DNA from: Camelus ferus
Taxonomy: Eukaryota
Direction: 5' to 3'
Assembly (NCBI RefSeq): GCF_009834535.1
Contig: NC_045697.1
Span: forward strand, 39,620,001-39,684,000
DNA length: 64,000 bases
The translations under genes were made by a program, and so were the position numbers. A model generated the notes under the pieces. The model ran no database searches, was not told where the DNA came from, and saw only the letters and a list, made by a program, of their open reading frames with translations. This document shows positions 1-12,844 of the stretch, one piece after another (position 1 is the first letter of the stretch; the number at the start of each line of letters is the position of its first letter).

Positions 1-70
1 CTCATTAAAGATACCTGGGTCTCACTAGCCAAGATTCTGAGTCTCAAGAGGGCTGGCTGTCCATATTTCC
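1..70. mobile_element. MER5-like hAT DNA transposon remnant, left part (continues at about 1421-1456 beyond the L1)
   Basis: Joining the flanks of the L1 gives '...aagattctga...atatttccaaaaag / gagattttgatgtatat...aaaaaccactg', which resembles the MER5 3' half and terminus. Confidence 0.45.
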
Positions 71-84
71 AAAAAGTGTCATAG

Positions 85-1406
85 AACAAACTTTTCAACA
101 AACAGTGCAGGGAAAATTGGATATCCACATGCAAAAGCATATAGTGGAACACTTACCTAACACCATATACAAAAAATTAACTCAAAATGGTTCAAAGATC
201 TACATATAAGAGCTAAAACCATAAAACTCCCAGAGAAAACACTGGGCAAAAGTTACATGACATTGGATTTGGCAGTGATTTCTTAGGTATGACACCAAGG
301 GCACAGAAAACTAAAGGAAAAAATAGACAAATTGGACTGGTTGAATTTTTTTAATTCTGTGCATCAAAAAAAAAAAAAAACTATCAACAGAGTGAAAAGG
401 CAACTCACAAAATGGTTGGGAAATATTTGCAAACCATGTATCTGATAATAGATTCATATCTAGAAGAGATAGAGAACTCCTAAAACTCTACAATGCAAAA
501 CAAACATCACAATTCAAAAATGGACAAAGGACTTGAGTAGGCATTTCTCCAAAGAACAATATACAGATGGCCAGTAAGCACATGAAAAGATGCTCAACAT
601 CTCTTGTCATCAGGGAAATGCAAATCAAAACTACAATGAGATACTTCCTCATACCGATTAGGATGGCTGATATTTAAAAAACACACACACACACACACAC
701 ACAGCAAATAACAAGTACTGGCAAAGATGACAAGAAATTGGAACACTTGTGCATTCCTGGTTGAAATGTAAAATGGTGCAGCCACTAGAGAAAATAGTAA
801 CGGCAGTTCCTCAAAAAATTAAACTTAGAATTACCACACGATCCAGGAATTCTACTTTTGTGTATATACTCAAAAGAATTGAAAATAGGGTCTGAAAGAG
901 ATGTTTTTACACCCATTTCATAGTAGCATTATTCCCAATAGCCAAAAGGTGGAAGCAACCCAGATGTCCATCACTGGATGCACTGATAAAATGCAGTTTA
1001 TACATTTATTATTCAGCCTTTAAAAAGGAAGGAACTTTTGACAAGTACACAACATAGATGAACCTTGAGGACATTTATACTGAGTGAAATAAGCCAATAA
1101 CAAAAAGACAAATACTACATGATTCCACTTATATGAGGTACCTAATGTAGTCAAATTTATAGATCCATAAAATAGAAGAGTGGTTGCCAGGGGCTGAGAG
1201 GAAGGAGAGAATCAGGAGTTACTGTTTAATGAATACAGAATTTCAGCTTTACAGGATGAGAAGAGTTCTGGAGATGTATGATAGTGATGGTTGCATAGTA
1301 ATGTGAATGTACTTGATGCCCCAGGATGTACACTTAAAAATGGTTAAGATTAAGATGGTAAATTTTATATTATGTGTATTTTACCACAGCAAAAATAATT
1401 TGAAGG
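85..1406 (+). mobile_element. 5'-truncated LINE-1 (end of ORF2 plus 3' UTR, L1MB-like)
   Basis: Typical L1 text such as 'ctcaaaatggttcaaagatct', 'gaaatgcaaatcaaaactacaatgagatac' and 'tgattccacttatatgaggtacct'. A 14-bp TSD with one mismatch flanks it: AAAAAGTGTCATAG (71-84) and AAAAAGCGTCATAG (1407-1420). Confidence 0.92.
681..702 (+). repeat. (AC)n microsatellite inside the L1
   Basis: About 11 AC units, read directly. Confidence 0.95.
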
Positions 1407-2849
1407 AAAAAGCGTCATAGGAGATTTTGATGTATATCCCTAGCTAAAAACCACTGAACCAGGCCAACCATGTAATTATTTTATACTGAAGAATGGTTAT
1501 AAACTTTACTACTGTTTATGGTACCATTGTTCAGGGATTCATTATTGAGTTCTTGACATCTGAGGATCATTAGTCATATTTCTTGCATAGTAACCAATAA
1601 GTAGAAATTCTTGATTTAATTCTATCAATGTTAATTAAGATATTAAACATATATTTAGGCTATACTAAGAAACAAAGATAACTTATATAAATGTTTATAT
1701 TTTTATGCTTCTCTTCATATCTCCTCTCAGCTTGAAAAAGCAAAGGAAATATTTAACTTGTAGAAAATGATACCTTTGTAGCCATTCTGTCTAGATTTCT
1801 TGCTGCTTCATTTTTCAGTCTCCTGCCTCGCTATAGACTTCTGTTTATAAGAACTTAAGATTTTAATGAAATGTAAACCTCTGGGTAGCAGAGTAGCTTT
1901 GCCTGATGTAAATACTTCCAGCTTCCCATTTAAATTCTAATTATGATACGAAAGATGAAAACTAGAGACAGTTTTATAGCAATGATAAAGAAGAAAACCA
2001 TATGTCAGAGGTCACATCATCAATAAGGATGATTGGAGAAACATATTTTTGCCTTGCTGGCTTCATGTTTCACCATCTAAACAATACAGTGACCACAAGG
2101 ATAAAAGGAAGGGGAAAAAACAAAAAAACAAAAAAAACTGACTTGGATTCCTTCCAGTGTCTACTGCACTGACCAGAAAATCAAGTGATATTCCCTCAGC
2201 TGAGCAGAAACTTATTTTCTGAACCATCCAGAGCTGAGTTGTATATTCTTTGTCACCTCCCATTTAGAAACTAGAATGTTAAGTACACAGAACAATAGAG
2301 AGGAGGGGTCAACCCCCTGGGACGCTCAGTTACCTAGCAAAAACATTTGAGAAAGGGATAAAGGCAAGGAGATTATTGAATTTAATGCATGCTTTCAAGT
2401 GTACACTGCGCAAAGACAACTACAAATTTGTTTCAAATTCTCCAGCTTAAATCATAAAATTGGACCAAACAGCAAGTCCATTCAAGTATACATTATAGAT
2501 TGTTCCAGGACAGGCTCATATTCTGGCTTTTAGAGTCTAAATCCAAGAGGGGGCATCTGCCCATAGCCAAGGGACAATGAAATAAATTCAGAACAAACTT
2601 TACCCAGCCAAGTTTTTGATAATGATTCTGCCTGAATTGATGGTCCCCCCTTATGAACCACTAAACACGAGAACTCTTTGGGAATCCATAAAGAGAAATT
2701 ACAAACTAAGGGAAAGGATGACTTGCCCTGAGGACTCAGAGTAGAAACAGATTTGAGACAACTGTTTTTTGGTATGACTCACATGAAAACTTGGAAAGTA
2801 ATATTGTCAATCTTCTCCAAAATGCTCGGGGATGTAAACAACCTTTTGA

Positions 2850-4800
2850 ACTATGAGTAGGAACCTGTAAGGGGAGAGTAAGTTTAGAATTAAAAGTCTA
2901 GAGACACAGAAAAACAGCTGAAATGAGGGAAAGGGGAGCCTAGAAATGCAGAGATTTTTAAAACTTTGGAAAGCAGTAAAGAGCAGTGATTTAAAGTAAA
3001 ACAAGTACGTGATGAAAGCAAAACTTGAGAAGCTTTTCCAAAACGAAAAAGAAAAGAATAAAGAAAAACTGAGAGAAATAATATTAGCTATGAAGGTCAG
3101 AGAGCAGAAAGCCAACCTGAAAATTATGATTCTAAAGAATAAACCATACTGATAGAAGTAGAAGTGGAAATCAACACTAATATATGCCCAGCTAATTGAG
3201 AGGTAAATCCCAAAACATATTTTTAATTAAGCAGTATAAACCTGGTTATAATCATTAGTGGAGGGGCAAAGAAATAATGAAATTCTAAATCTCTTATATT
3301 GTATAGGAGGTAGGAGAGTAGAAGCAGGAAGCAAGAGTTTCAAGGATTTGTTTTGTTTGTTTGTTTGTTTTCTTTGGTTGTTTTGGGGGGTTTTGTTTCA
3401 GTTTTAATAGTTACAGATATAGGGTGTGAGAGACAAGAATTGTGCATAGGATTCCTGTATCCCAAATAACCTCAGAAGATACACACAAAGACAGAAATTA
3501 AAGGAAAAGGAAGCTCCAAAATTACAAAACATTAAGCAAAAACCAAAAACTAGAACAAATGTAGCAGCTATGACAATAAGTGTAAATGGGTTAAATTCTT
3601 TGATAAAAGCTAAAAATGGCTTTTTAAAAAATGACTTCTTGAACTATCTTTTGCTCAGAAGAGCTATACCTAGACCAAAATGGCACAGAAAGATTAATTC
3701 AGGATTTATCTCTGATACATGTGAACAAAAAGAAAGCAAAGATAGCAATATCAATACCAGAACATCTAGAGTTCAAAGCCAAATCCATTAAACAGGACAA
3801 ATCTATTCTTACTTTATTAGGCAGAATCCATACTAAAGATATAAAGGTTATAAATAATAAGTGTGTATAAAATAGCATTGCATTAAATCATATAAATTTA
3901 AACTCTTCAGTTAACAAAGAAAAACATGTGAACACATTTGAAGTATATAACATATATACATCTATATGTCTATAACAAGTAAAATTTATAAAATAGCACT
4001 GAGAATTAGATAAAATTAATACAATTTAAAATAAAGAGTCATTACATATACTAAACTTTGCAACCTACAAATAAGGCTTAAGCATTCCTATTACTTTCAA
4101 AAACTTACTTGGCTATCTCTAAAAGTTCTGGAAGAGTAGAAATATTAGCAGTCACATTTTCTGACCACAGTGTGATTAATAACAAAAAAGTTTCAATCAA
4201 TCAATGAAAACTCTCCTAAAGGGAGGAAGAAATTCAAACAGGAAATAAAAACTTCAAGTACAGAAGAAAAAGGGAAAAAATACATATCAAAATTTGTGGA
4301 ATGAGATCTAAGCTGTTTTTAAGAGGTAGCTTCACCTTCTTAAAAAGATTGAAAATAAATAAGCTACACATTAAGAATAAGAATCTCTTTTTTTAAAAAA
4401 AAAATTTATTGAAGTCTAATCAGTTTACAATGTTGTGAAGAACAAGAAGTTCTAAAAAGGAGAAGAGCAACCTCTTGGAAACCTAAAAGAATTTAGTAAT
4501 AATAAAAGAAAACAGAAAAAGAGCAGAACTGATGTTTGAATCCAGGAGCTTGTTCTTTGGGAGTGAAAATGAAAAGAATAAAAAAACCTCTGGTAAACTT
4601 AAGAAAAGAGAGGAACAGTGCTAATAATCAGAACTAAAGTTTGCTGTGAGGGGAATAGTAGTTTTATAGATTACTTTGTGCAATTTTTACTGAAAAACAT
4701 GAAAATCTAGATGAAATTAAAATTTCTGAAATGCATAAACTTTGAGAAGAAAATTTCACTTGAATGCAAAAAATACTACTGTAATCTGTTCTAATCCTAA
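2850..4800 (+). mobile_element. Ancient degraded LINE-1 (ORF1 and ORF2 endonuclease region)
   Basis: Strong A-rich strand skew. ORF 3570..3791 starts MTISVNGLNSLIK, like the L1 ORF2 endonuclease N-terminus (TLNVNGLNSPIK). Also contains 'ttctgaccacagtg' and 'catatcaaaatttgtgga'. Confidence 0.75.
4384..4437 (-). mobile_element. Roughly 54-bp extreme 3' stub of a young L1 with TSD
   Basis: Reverse complement of the 'caacattgtaaactgactatacttcaat' terminus seen near 16910-16940. Flanked by AAGAATAAGAA (4373-4383) and AAGAACAAGAA (4438-4448). Confidence 0.75.
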
Positions 4801-7389
4801 AATAATAAATACATGTATAGCCAAAGATTTACATGAATAGCAGCATTATTTGAGGATAAGGATGATGTTTTTTATTAAGGACATAACTCTGAAGCCACAT
4901 TACATGAGATAGAATCAGAGCTGAGTAAACTTGAGTGAGATACTAAACCTCTCTGAACCTCAATTTCCTCATCTGTAAATGCATACTATCTATAGTGAAC
5001 TCTTATTTCATCTAATTTTGCTTTATGAAGACCTTGGCCTAGAAATTTAAAAACTCTGAATTTCTTTTTATGTAAAACATGCTAAATATGTAATACTGAA
5101 AACTCCAATAATTAGGGCCTGAATGAAGGTGTACAAAAGGTATTTTGACATTTTGATGGGATCTATTTAATTTGTTAGAAAATATTTAATAGAGTATTAA
5201 ATGCAGGAGTGAAGAATTAAAATAATTTTTTCTTAAAATCAATCCTTTTTTTAAAGGAATAGGAGTGTGAGTTTCAATAAAGTATGAGGATAAATATTTT
5301 CCTCCTACTGAGTCATATCCTTGTAGTGTGTTTTCAATTTATGTTCTGTATTATATGCATAGTACATAATTTAAAATAAAAATGTGAGGATTTTCTTAAA
5401 TCCTAACGATCTAAACACCACCACAAAACAGTGATGCAATTTTTATCAAAGTCTAAATACCCATAAATGCTCCATTAAATTTCTACATATAATCATAACT
5501 AAAAGTTAAAGCAAAGTTAATAAATAATGAGGATTGCATGTATTTGTTTTAATATAAGATACTGTGGAGAACTAAACTAAAATCATGGAAATAGTTTAAT
5601 TTAGAAATTCGTTATACAATTACAAGGAAATGATATTAGAGTCATCTTATAATGTTAACACTGTGTATCAACTTTTAGTGATTTAAGAAGATACTAAAAA
5701 TACCATATTCTACTAAATAGAAAATTTAAGAGTTTTATTATGTTTTGAAGTTACTTACATGATCTTCTTTCCTTGTCTTAAACAAACATCACATAATTGT
5801 CTTTTAAATCCTTACTCATTAAAAAATAGAGAAAATGTAAATATTATCTTCTGGAGAAAAAGGCTAATTCTCTTAGTCCTAATGGTTCCTATTAAAACAA
5901 TATTTTACAGGAAGGATTTTATACATCACAGAAAAGAGAATAAACTGAAGTAAGAGAATAGACAGAAAAGGAGAACACATGCCTCTTCAAGACATCTGGT
6001 TTCAGTAGATTTGCAAGATTTCTGTATTTCACATCAAGAGATCTAATTAAAAAATAACTTGTCAACAGGCATTCTGTGCATCTTATCACATGCAAATTTT
6101 ATAGAGTAATATTGCTGAGCATAATCACCTTATGGACATGTTTTGCTAATAGAAATAAAGACTAAATATATTTAACTATGTCATAGACTATATTTCTAAG
6201 TAGGCTTAGAATATATTTTTGAATGACCATTCCAGTAGAAAATTCAGTTGCACTATCACTTAAGTAGGCTTGGGTAATGAAGTTGACCGTAGTGCTGGAG
6301 TCTGCACATGGGCTTCTTAGTTTTGAATCTTTATCAACATTAGGAAGTGAACTCTTCCATATTTAAGTGTTTATATTGTGTAAGTAAGAAGTTTTCTTCA
6401 CAGATCAGTCAAGGGCTCTGAAAAAATTCACTATTCTTAGCTCTCTGCAGGGGATAAAAAACAAGCTACATGTAGATGAAGAAAATCAGTATCTTTAACT
6501 TTGGCTTATTTGCTTATTACCTTTTTGTTAGTGTCTTAGAGTTACCTTCATAAGCCAGTTGTAGCAATGGAAGCAGTCCCTATTTCTGACATTAAACATT
6601 CTTAGAAATCTTGTTCTGGATGAATTGTTAAGCCATCCCACAGGAACTATGGAGGTGATTAGATACTTGACCAAAGCCATTTTGGTATCTGAAAAGCCCT
6701 AATTATGAGTGACACTGTCATTAAACTAAATATGCAGTTATAACCTTTTGTAATGATTTAAACTTTAGGACAATAAACTTGAATCTGAGATAGTCTTATA
6801 AACTTTTAGAGCTAGAAGAAAATCACAGAGATCACTAGCCAAGGCTTTCATTTTCTGCATGAAGAAACCAACCCAAAGCAGCCAAGCTAACCAACAATCT
6901 GACTATGATTGTAGCTAGTTAACTATAGAGCTAAGACCAGAACTTCTCTTTTCTGATTCCCAATGGAAAACATTCTCTTCTCAGAATACACTCTTTAGAA
7001 AAATTGTATTTTAAAAGCTTGTCAGTATGGACACATTAATACCACAAATTCCAAAGGAACTATTAAGCACAAAAAAAAAAATAAATATCACAAATTTGAT
7101 CCAAGATCAATGTATTAGCAAAAAAATATATGATTTAATTACTTAGTATTATTGATTTATTCACTTATTTTGCATCCTGAGAAAGGCCCTCTTAGACTGA
7201 TTTAAATAGCTTAGGTCATTTTTTTTTAAGCTCTGAGGGAAATTTTTATGTATTGTCTTTTAACTCAGCTTAGCATAAGCTTTCCAAATCATACCTTCAT
7301 AACTTAGAATGTTTTAAAATGACAATTGTGATATGTAAGTCTTTGAAATATTAAAGAATTTTAGTTGCAAGCAGTTGGAGCCTTGCTAA

Positions 7390-7550
7390 TCAGTGTCTTC
7401 CAAAGACCACCAGCATCAGAATCACTAGGGAATTTGTTAGAAATGCAGATTCCCTGCTTCCCCTTCCCTAAACCTACATCTACTGTATCAGAATCTGTGT
7501 TTGAACAAGATCCCAGGGGACTCTGACGCACGTTAGAGTCTGAGAAGCAC
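7390..7550. mobile_element. MER5A-like hAT DNA transposon
   Basis: 'cagcatcagaatcactagggaatttgttagaaatgcagattcc...tctgagaagcact'. Confidence 0.8.
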
Positions 7551-8194
7551 TTACTTAGAGAGTTAGGCATCTCAGAACCTGGTCCCATTTGTTGTCATTT
7601 CCTTGTCTCTTTCTTCCTCGCTTTTTTTCATCCTGTCTCCTACTCCCCAAAAAGGAACATAAAAATATCAATGTGTGCTTTAGTAAGAAAAAAGAAGTTC
7701 GGGTCAAAAGTGTGTGTCAAAAGAAGGGAGGAGAGGAGGAAATACGTCTCTTCATTCTGAGATGGCACGGGGAACGATGGGCTAATTATACTTCTATGTC
7801 TTTGGCATGTTTTTAGTATCTTTTACAGACCTGTATTCTTTGCCCTCTTCTAGGTAGGTTCTCCCAGAGTCGTTATTCACATTGGCCCCTGCTCCCAAAA
7901 CCAAGGTTGTGTAACTGTATTGAGAAGTGGCATACAGGAGTTAATTATACAGTGTTGAATTTACAGAGGGTGAGCCACAAAGCATCAAAAGCAGGGACAG
8001 CCTGTTCCAGCTAAGGACAGAGAGAAGCAAAGGATTTATTGTTGGTTATGTAACTGGGGAACCTCTATGAATAACAGGCATTGTGAGGCAGAAATGGTTG
8101 TAATTAAAAGCAAAGTTAAATACCTAAGTCCAGGCGTCCGTGCACGAAGATGACTCTAGTGAGTGTTTCTTCTAGTAAGTGATAGATTGAAAGT

Positions 8195-8425
8195 CGAGTG
8201 TAGTGATTAAGAGCTTAGACTCTAAGCTTAAACTTTCTTGGTTCAAATCCCAGCTGATCTACTTTTTGGCTCTATGACTGTGAGCGAGTTACTTAACTCC
8301 ATGAAGTAGGTACAATTGTTTTCTTTTCTCTGTTTTCAAATGAAGAGGCTCGAGAGGTTATAGTAAACAGGAAATAAAATCTTAGCACAGTGTCTGAAAC
8401 ATAGCGAGCCCTCAGTAAGTATTAG
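8195..8425 (+). mobile_element. MIR SINE
   Basis: 'ggttcaaatcccagct...gtgagcgagttacttaactc...cttagcacagtgtctg'. Confidence 0.7.
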
Positions 8426-9902
8426 GGTGTGTTTACTTGTGTGTTCCTTTATTCATTCATTGATTAATGAAGGTTCTTCTCATCAATTTCCCTTAAGAAC
8501 AAAGGCATTCTTTCATGCAGTTTTTCTGGGATTTGGCTGTGGTGTGTGGCCATGACAAGGAGCTATAGCTTTAGCTAAAGGAAATTGGGGCTAAAAAGTG
8601 AGGATCGATCACTTCGGGGATAATGCTTACTATGTTGGGTATGATGAGGGTCGTGGTGGTAGTAGGGAGTGTCATGAAAGAAAATGAGAAATAGCCGACA
8701 ATCCCTGGAGGCACTTAGATTCTGAATGGAAAGGGATGAGCTATGCATGTACGTGAAAGTAAAGCCCAACAGATGGTTCCAAAGCAACAGGTTCATGTGC
8801 TGTCGGTACTGTAGTATAGTACAAACGAGGATGGAGTGATTGGAAGGCAACCATCAATACTGGTCATTCACAGCTTTTAGTTGCTTCAGGTATCTTCTAC
8901 AAAGAAGGAAGGAAGAGTAGAGAACTATTAGATCTATTAGGCAAAACTGTAGTTTGACATGCACGAAAGATTTTTTTTAAAGTCTCTTTTAGACATAGAT
9001 ACTTCTGAATCTTGAGTTAGAAGCCCACTAAGCACTAGAGGGCAGAATGTGCTGATACTGATACAATTAAAAGAGCTGCCAGCCTCCACCCTCACTGTGT
9101 TTACGTGAACGAAGTGTGGGAGCAAGAGGGACGGAGTTCTGAAGCATGCTAATCAGATAGCGTCCTCTTATTTCACCATTTCGTTTTATACTGACTACAT
9201 TTTTTTTTTACTGAGTACTTTCTAATACTTTTGAGGAATTCAGGCTTTGGAGAAAATGGGAAAGTAGAGGAAGTTTATAAATGTTCAATAAAAGGGCTAT
9301 AATTTAGGTGTAAAAATGAAACATTCTAGAGCTTTGAGGTATTTTCCTAAGTTTCTGGAGGAACTTAGGAAGAAAAGTGGCTTAGATAGAGTCGTGGAGA
9401 AAACAGTGTTGATTCTTTATTATCTATCCCCTGTGGCCCCCACTGCATGTTCAGGGCAGTTTTAGAAAGATGCTTCTGACCACCGCAGGTCTGGAGGGAG
9501 TGGGCCAGGAGAAGACGGACTTGGGGGGGGAAGGCCGGGAAGGGGTGGGAGCTGGTAGTGGGAGGGCAGTCAGGGGCAGGTGCATTAACATTTGGAGAAA
9601 ATAGAAAGACCCCAAACTAGGGCTGGCAGTAGGATGAGAGGGAGAGATGATTTCAGAGGGCACTTTTGAAACTGCCTTGGACATCTTTTAAATGGAAGGG
9701 GAAAACACCATTCCAGAATAAACACCCAGGGCAACCTCTCCTCTAGAAACAAGCGAAAATCAGCACCTCTCAGTGGATAATTAAGTGTCATGCAAGTGCC
9801 GCTCAGGGCCCTGGCTGATACTTCCAGCTCGGGGTCCCCTCACATGTTTGGTTCGCAGTTTCTGATGCTCAGTCTAATCTGACTTCCCTTCTTTTTCCCC
9901 AG

Positions 9903-9944
9903 CGCCCACGTATCCCAAGTCAGCAGTGTGTCGACCACTGGAGA
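9903..9944 (+). CDS. FAM13A: FAM13A coding exon A (42 nt, phase 2-2): (S)AHVSQVSSVSTTG(E)
   Basis: Branch-like CTAAT (9874-9878) and a long pyrimidine tract precede cccag|. Donor is GA|gtaagt. The peptide matches recalled human SAHVPQVSNVSATGE, and the phase joins exon B. Confidence 0.93.
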
Positions 9945-10529
9945 GTAAGTGACCTGGATTGGGCTTTTTTCCCTTCCTTTCATTTATTAAGCAAAAAAAA
10001 AGGCTATTCTGACGTGCATGGAAAGATTAATACAATAAGCAACCTATGATGGCGACCTTTTAAAACTACCCAGAAGAGAGGATGAAATAAGAAGTATTTC
10101 TGTTTAAGCTTCTTTGTGGCTGTGTGACTAGAGACCGCTCAGCCATCTGAACATATGAGATTTTTGTTTATTTCAGTCAAAATCAGGTCAGAGTCAATTC
10201 AGACACGCAGCAGTCTGTGCTTTGGGAGGTGTCTTGCAGCGAAGGCCATCAAAGGTTCAAGTATGAACTGTGTCTTTTACTTCTTCCTTCGTTCATTTTA
10301 ATCAGCCTCCATTCATCGAGCGCCTGCAATATACCAAGCACAGTGCTAGGTGTCTAATGTCAAATAAGCCTTGGGCTCTGCCTTTGGGGATTTGACAGTC
10401 TGATAGGGACCCAGAAAAAGAAGGAAATTAGTGATGGCATTGGGTCCTTTTCCCACAGGGCAGTGGCACTGCTCTGTTATGTCCAGATCATCTTTTTCAT
10501 CCTAAGACTACTAATAAAATCTGAACTCT

Positions 10530-10930
10530 AGGTAGCCGCCCCTGCCTACCTCTCTGACCAGATTGCTCACTGTGCTTTAACCTCATGACCTGTTTTTCTG
10601 TTTTTGGAAAATGACAAACATATCTGTCTCTGAGCTCTCATACTGGCTGTCTATCTGCCTGGCCATTTACTTTCTTATATTTAACCTCATTGTTCAAATG
10701 TCACACCATCCCTGACTGTCCACAGTCAGTCTCCAACCCTGTCCTCTAGTTTCTAGAAAATGTATCCCTATCTGCAATTGCATGTTTCATGTTCTTTGTT
10801 TATCTTGACTCATAGCAACATAAGCTTCACAAACACAGGGACCTTGTCTGTCCCATTTGTAACTGTAGCCCTAAGACCTAGAAGAGTGCCTGGCATATTT
10901 TAGGCACTAAAGAAGCATTTGTGTATAGTT
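10530..10930 (+). mobile_element. L2 3' end
   Basis: 'cagggaccttgtctgtccc...cctagaagagtgcctggcatattttaggcact'. Confidence 0.7.
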
Positions 10931-11501
10931 TGTTGCTCAAAGATTGTCCCTTGCACCCACCTCTCTTCTTCCATTCTTGCTGGGACTGGAATGGGCTTTT
11001 TTGGGACATCTTCCATCAGCAGGGATCAGGTGGGAGAGGAGGGAAGATGTGGTGTGAATGAGGAGGAAGAGAGAAGAATTAGAAGAAGCACCAGTTGGTA
11101 TGAATGTGGATCTTTTCCACAGGATGAATTGGGATTCTTTTCCTCCTCTTTGTTAGGTGAGGAGGCAATCAAGAGGGCAGGTGTGACCTTTCTTTATCTT
11201 TGTGAATTTTAAAGAGATTCCACAATTATACCAAGACTGACGTGTTCTTGCCTGTTTATTTCCTAACAACCTTTACTTCTTACATGTCTTGTGTAACATT
11301 TGGAAAAGGTGTGAATTTGGTATGTACGTATATATTAATGAATTCACATTCCCGTGTGCTGTTATTAGGGAATCTCCAATCACTGGGATGTAGAGTTTAA
11401 AGCCCAAGTCAGACTGTACTTGCTCATTGTCTTAAAATAGTTTTAATGAAATTACTATGAGTCTATTATAAAACTACATTTGGAAGACTAACATTCTTAA
11501 G

Positions 11502-11621
11502 TTTTTTGGTGGGGGGAGAGGAAATTAGCTTTATTTAATTTATTTTTTTAATGGAGGTACTGGGGATTGAACCCAGGACCTCGTACATGTTAAGCACACA
11601 TCCTACCACTGAGCCCTCCCC
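11502..11621 (-). mobile_element. tRNA-Ala-like SINE (camelid Vic-1-type)
   Basis: The reverse complement reads GGGGAGGGCTCAGTGGTAG...GTCCTGGGTTCAATCCCCAGTACCTCC with an A-rich tail. ATTCTTAA occurs on both flanks (11493-11500, 11625-11632). Confidence 0.85.
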
Positions 11622-11714
11622 AAAATTCTTAAATTTTCAAAACCCATTTTATTTAACTGAATGTGTTTTTCCAACCTGACCATTTAAAAAATTGTGTGTG
11701 GTTTTTTAAAAAAA

Positions 11715-11800
11715 AAAAACTTTAACAGCTTTATTGAGGTATAATTGATATACAAAAAACTACACACATATTTAATGTACACAAATTTAATGAGTTTGGA
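11715..11800 (-). mobile_element. L1 3'-terminal fragment
   Basis: 'acagctttattgaggtataattgatatac...tttaatgtacac...gagtttgga'. Confidence 0.65.
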
Positions 11801-12664
11801 TGTGATTCTTTTTTAAGTGAAGGAAAATGTGCTTTGAGGACTATCGGTGTAGAATTTTTCCACGTCTGCTTCTTCAGAAATAGTGAGGTGATAAAAGAGG
11901 GCTTAGACACACTGAAAGATTATATAGCTTTAAAAATGATCCCTTATCTATCTTATCCTGCACTCTTCCCAGCTCCTGTGCTTACCCTAGGTTGAATAAA
12001 ATAAATATCCTTTCATCTTCAGTAATATATATTGGGGTGTTTGCATGACTGCAGCTTCAATTATTTATATATATATCACAATTTAATTGAATGGAGGTTC
12101 AGAAAGATTTTCGCCATTCTGTTATGAGTAGTAATGGTTCTGGGAGGTGTTCTTTTTTAATAGCCTTATTCCCTATATGATTTTATCCTAAAGGTACTCC
12201 AAATAGATAACAGGCATCATAAAATTATTTGTGCCAGTTTGCTTTGTAAGTCATACTGTTTTCCTCTACAGAACTGGTATGAAATTTGGAGGAAACTTGC
12301 CTTTGTAAGAATAAGTTCATTATTATTCTATGAGGAAAAAAAAACTTTCCTCATTCCCTATTTCCTGAATGCCTCCTGTAACTGTTGCTAGACCTGCTCT
12401 GATCACTTCAGTAATCCTGGACTCACAAAAATGACATGCACCATTGTTGTATTGGTGGAATTTATTCAGTTTACTTTTGCTTTTGACACACAGTACAAAT
12501 ACTGGGGATTAATGCCTCATATTCTGTCCGTGCTCATGAAGCTGTAGTAGATATTCCAGTGGAAATGCTGTTATTTCCAAAATCATGGGAACACGTTTTT
12601 AAAGGCAGTCATTGATAAGTTTGATTACCTGATTGACTCTGTATTTTTTTTTTTTTTTTACCAG

Positions 12665-12844
12665 ACTCTTGGAAAGAACCATCCGGTCAGCTGTAGAGCA
12701 GCATCTTTTTGATGTTAACAGCTCAGGAAGCCAAAGTTCAGAGGACTCGGAATCTGGGGCATCATCCGCATCTTCGTCCACATCTACCAAACAGCGCCGA
12801 CGCCAGTCCAAGGAGCAGGATGGAGTTCGACAGGGCAGAGATGT
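12665..12844 (+). CDS. FAM13A: FAM13A coding exon B (180 nt, phase 2-2): LLERTIRSAVEQHLFDVNSSGSQSSEDSES...QRRRQSKEQDGVRQGRD
   Basis: Poly-T tract then accag|, donor GT|gtgagt. ORF 12633..12848 contains the FAM13-type LLERTIRSAVEQHLFD segment. Confidence 0.96.

Noticed and set aside
3570..3791. ORF resembling an L1 endonuclease N-terminus as a functional gene
   Set aside because: Short, and the similarity is lost quickly in heavily degraded L1 sequence.
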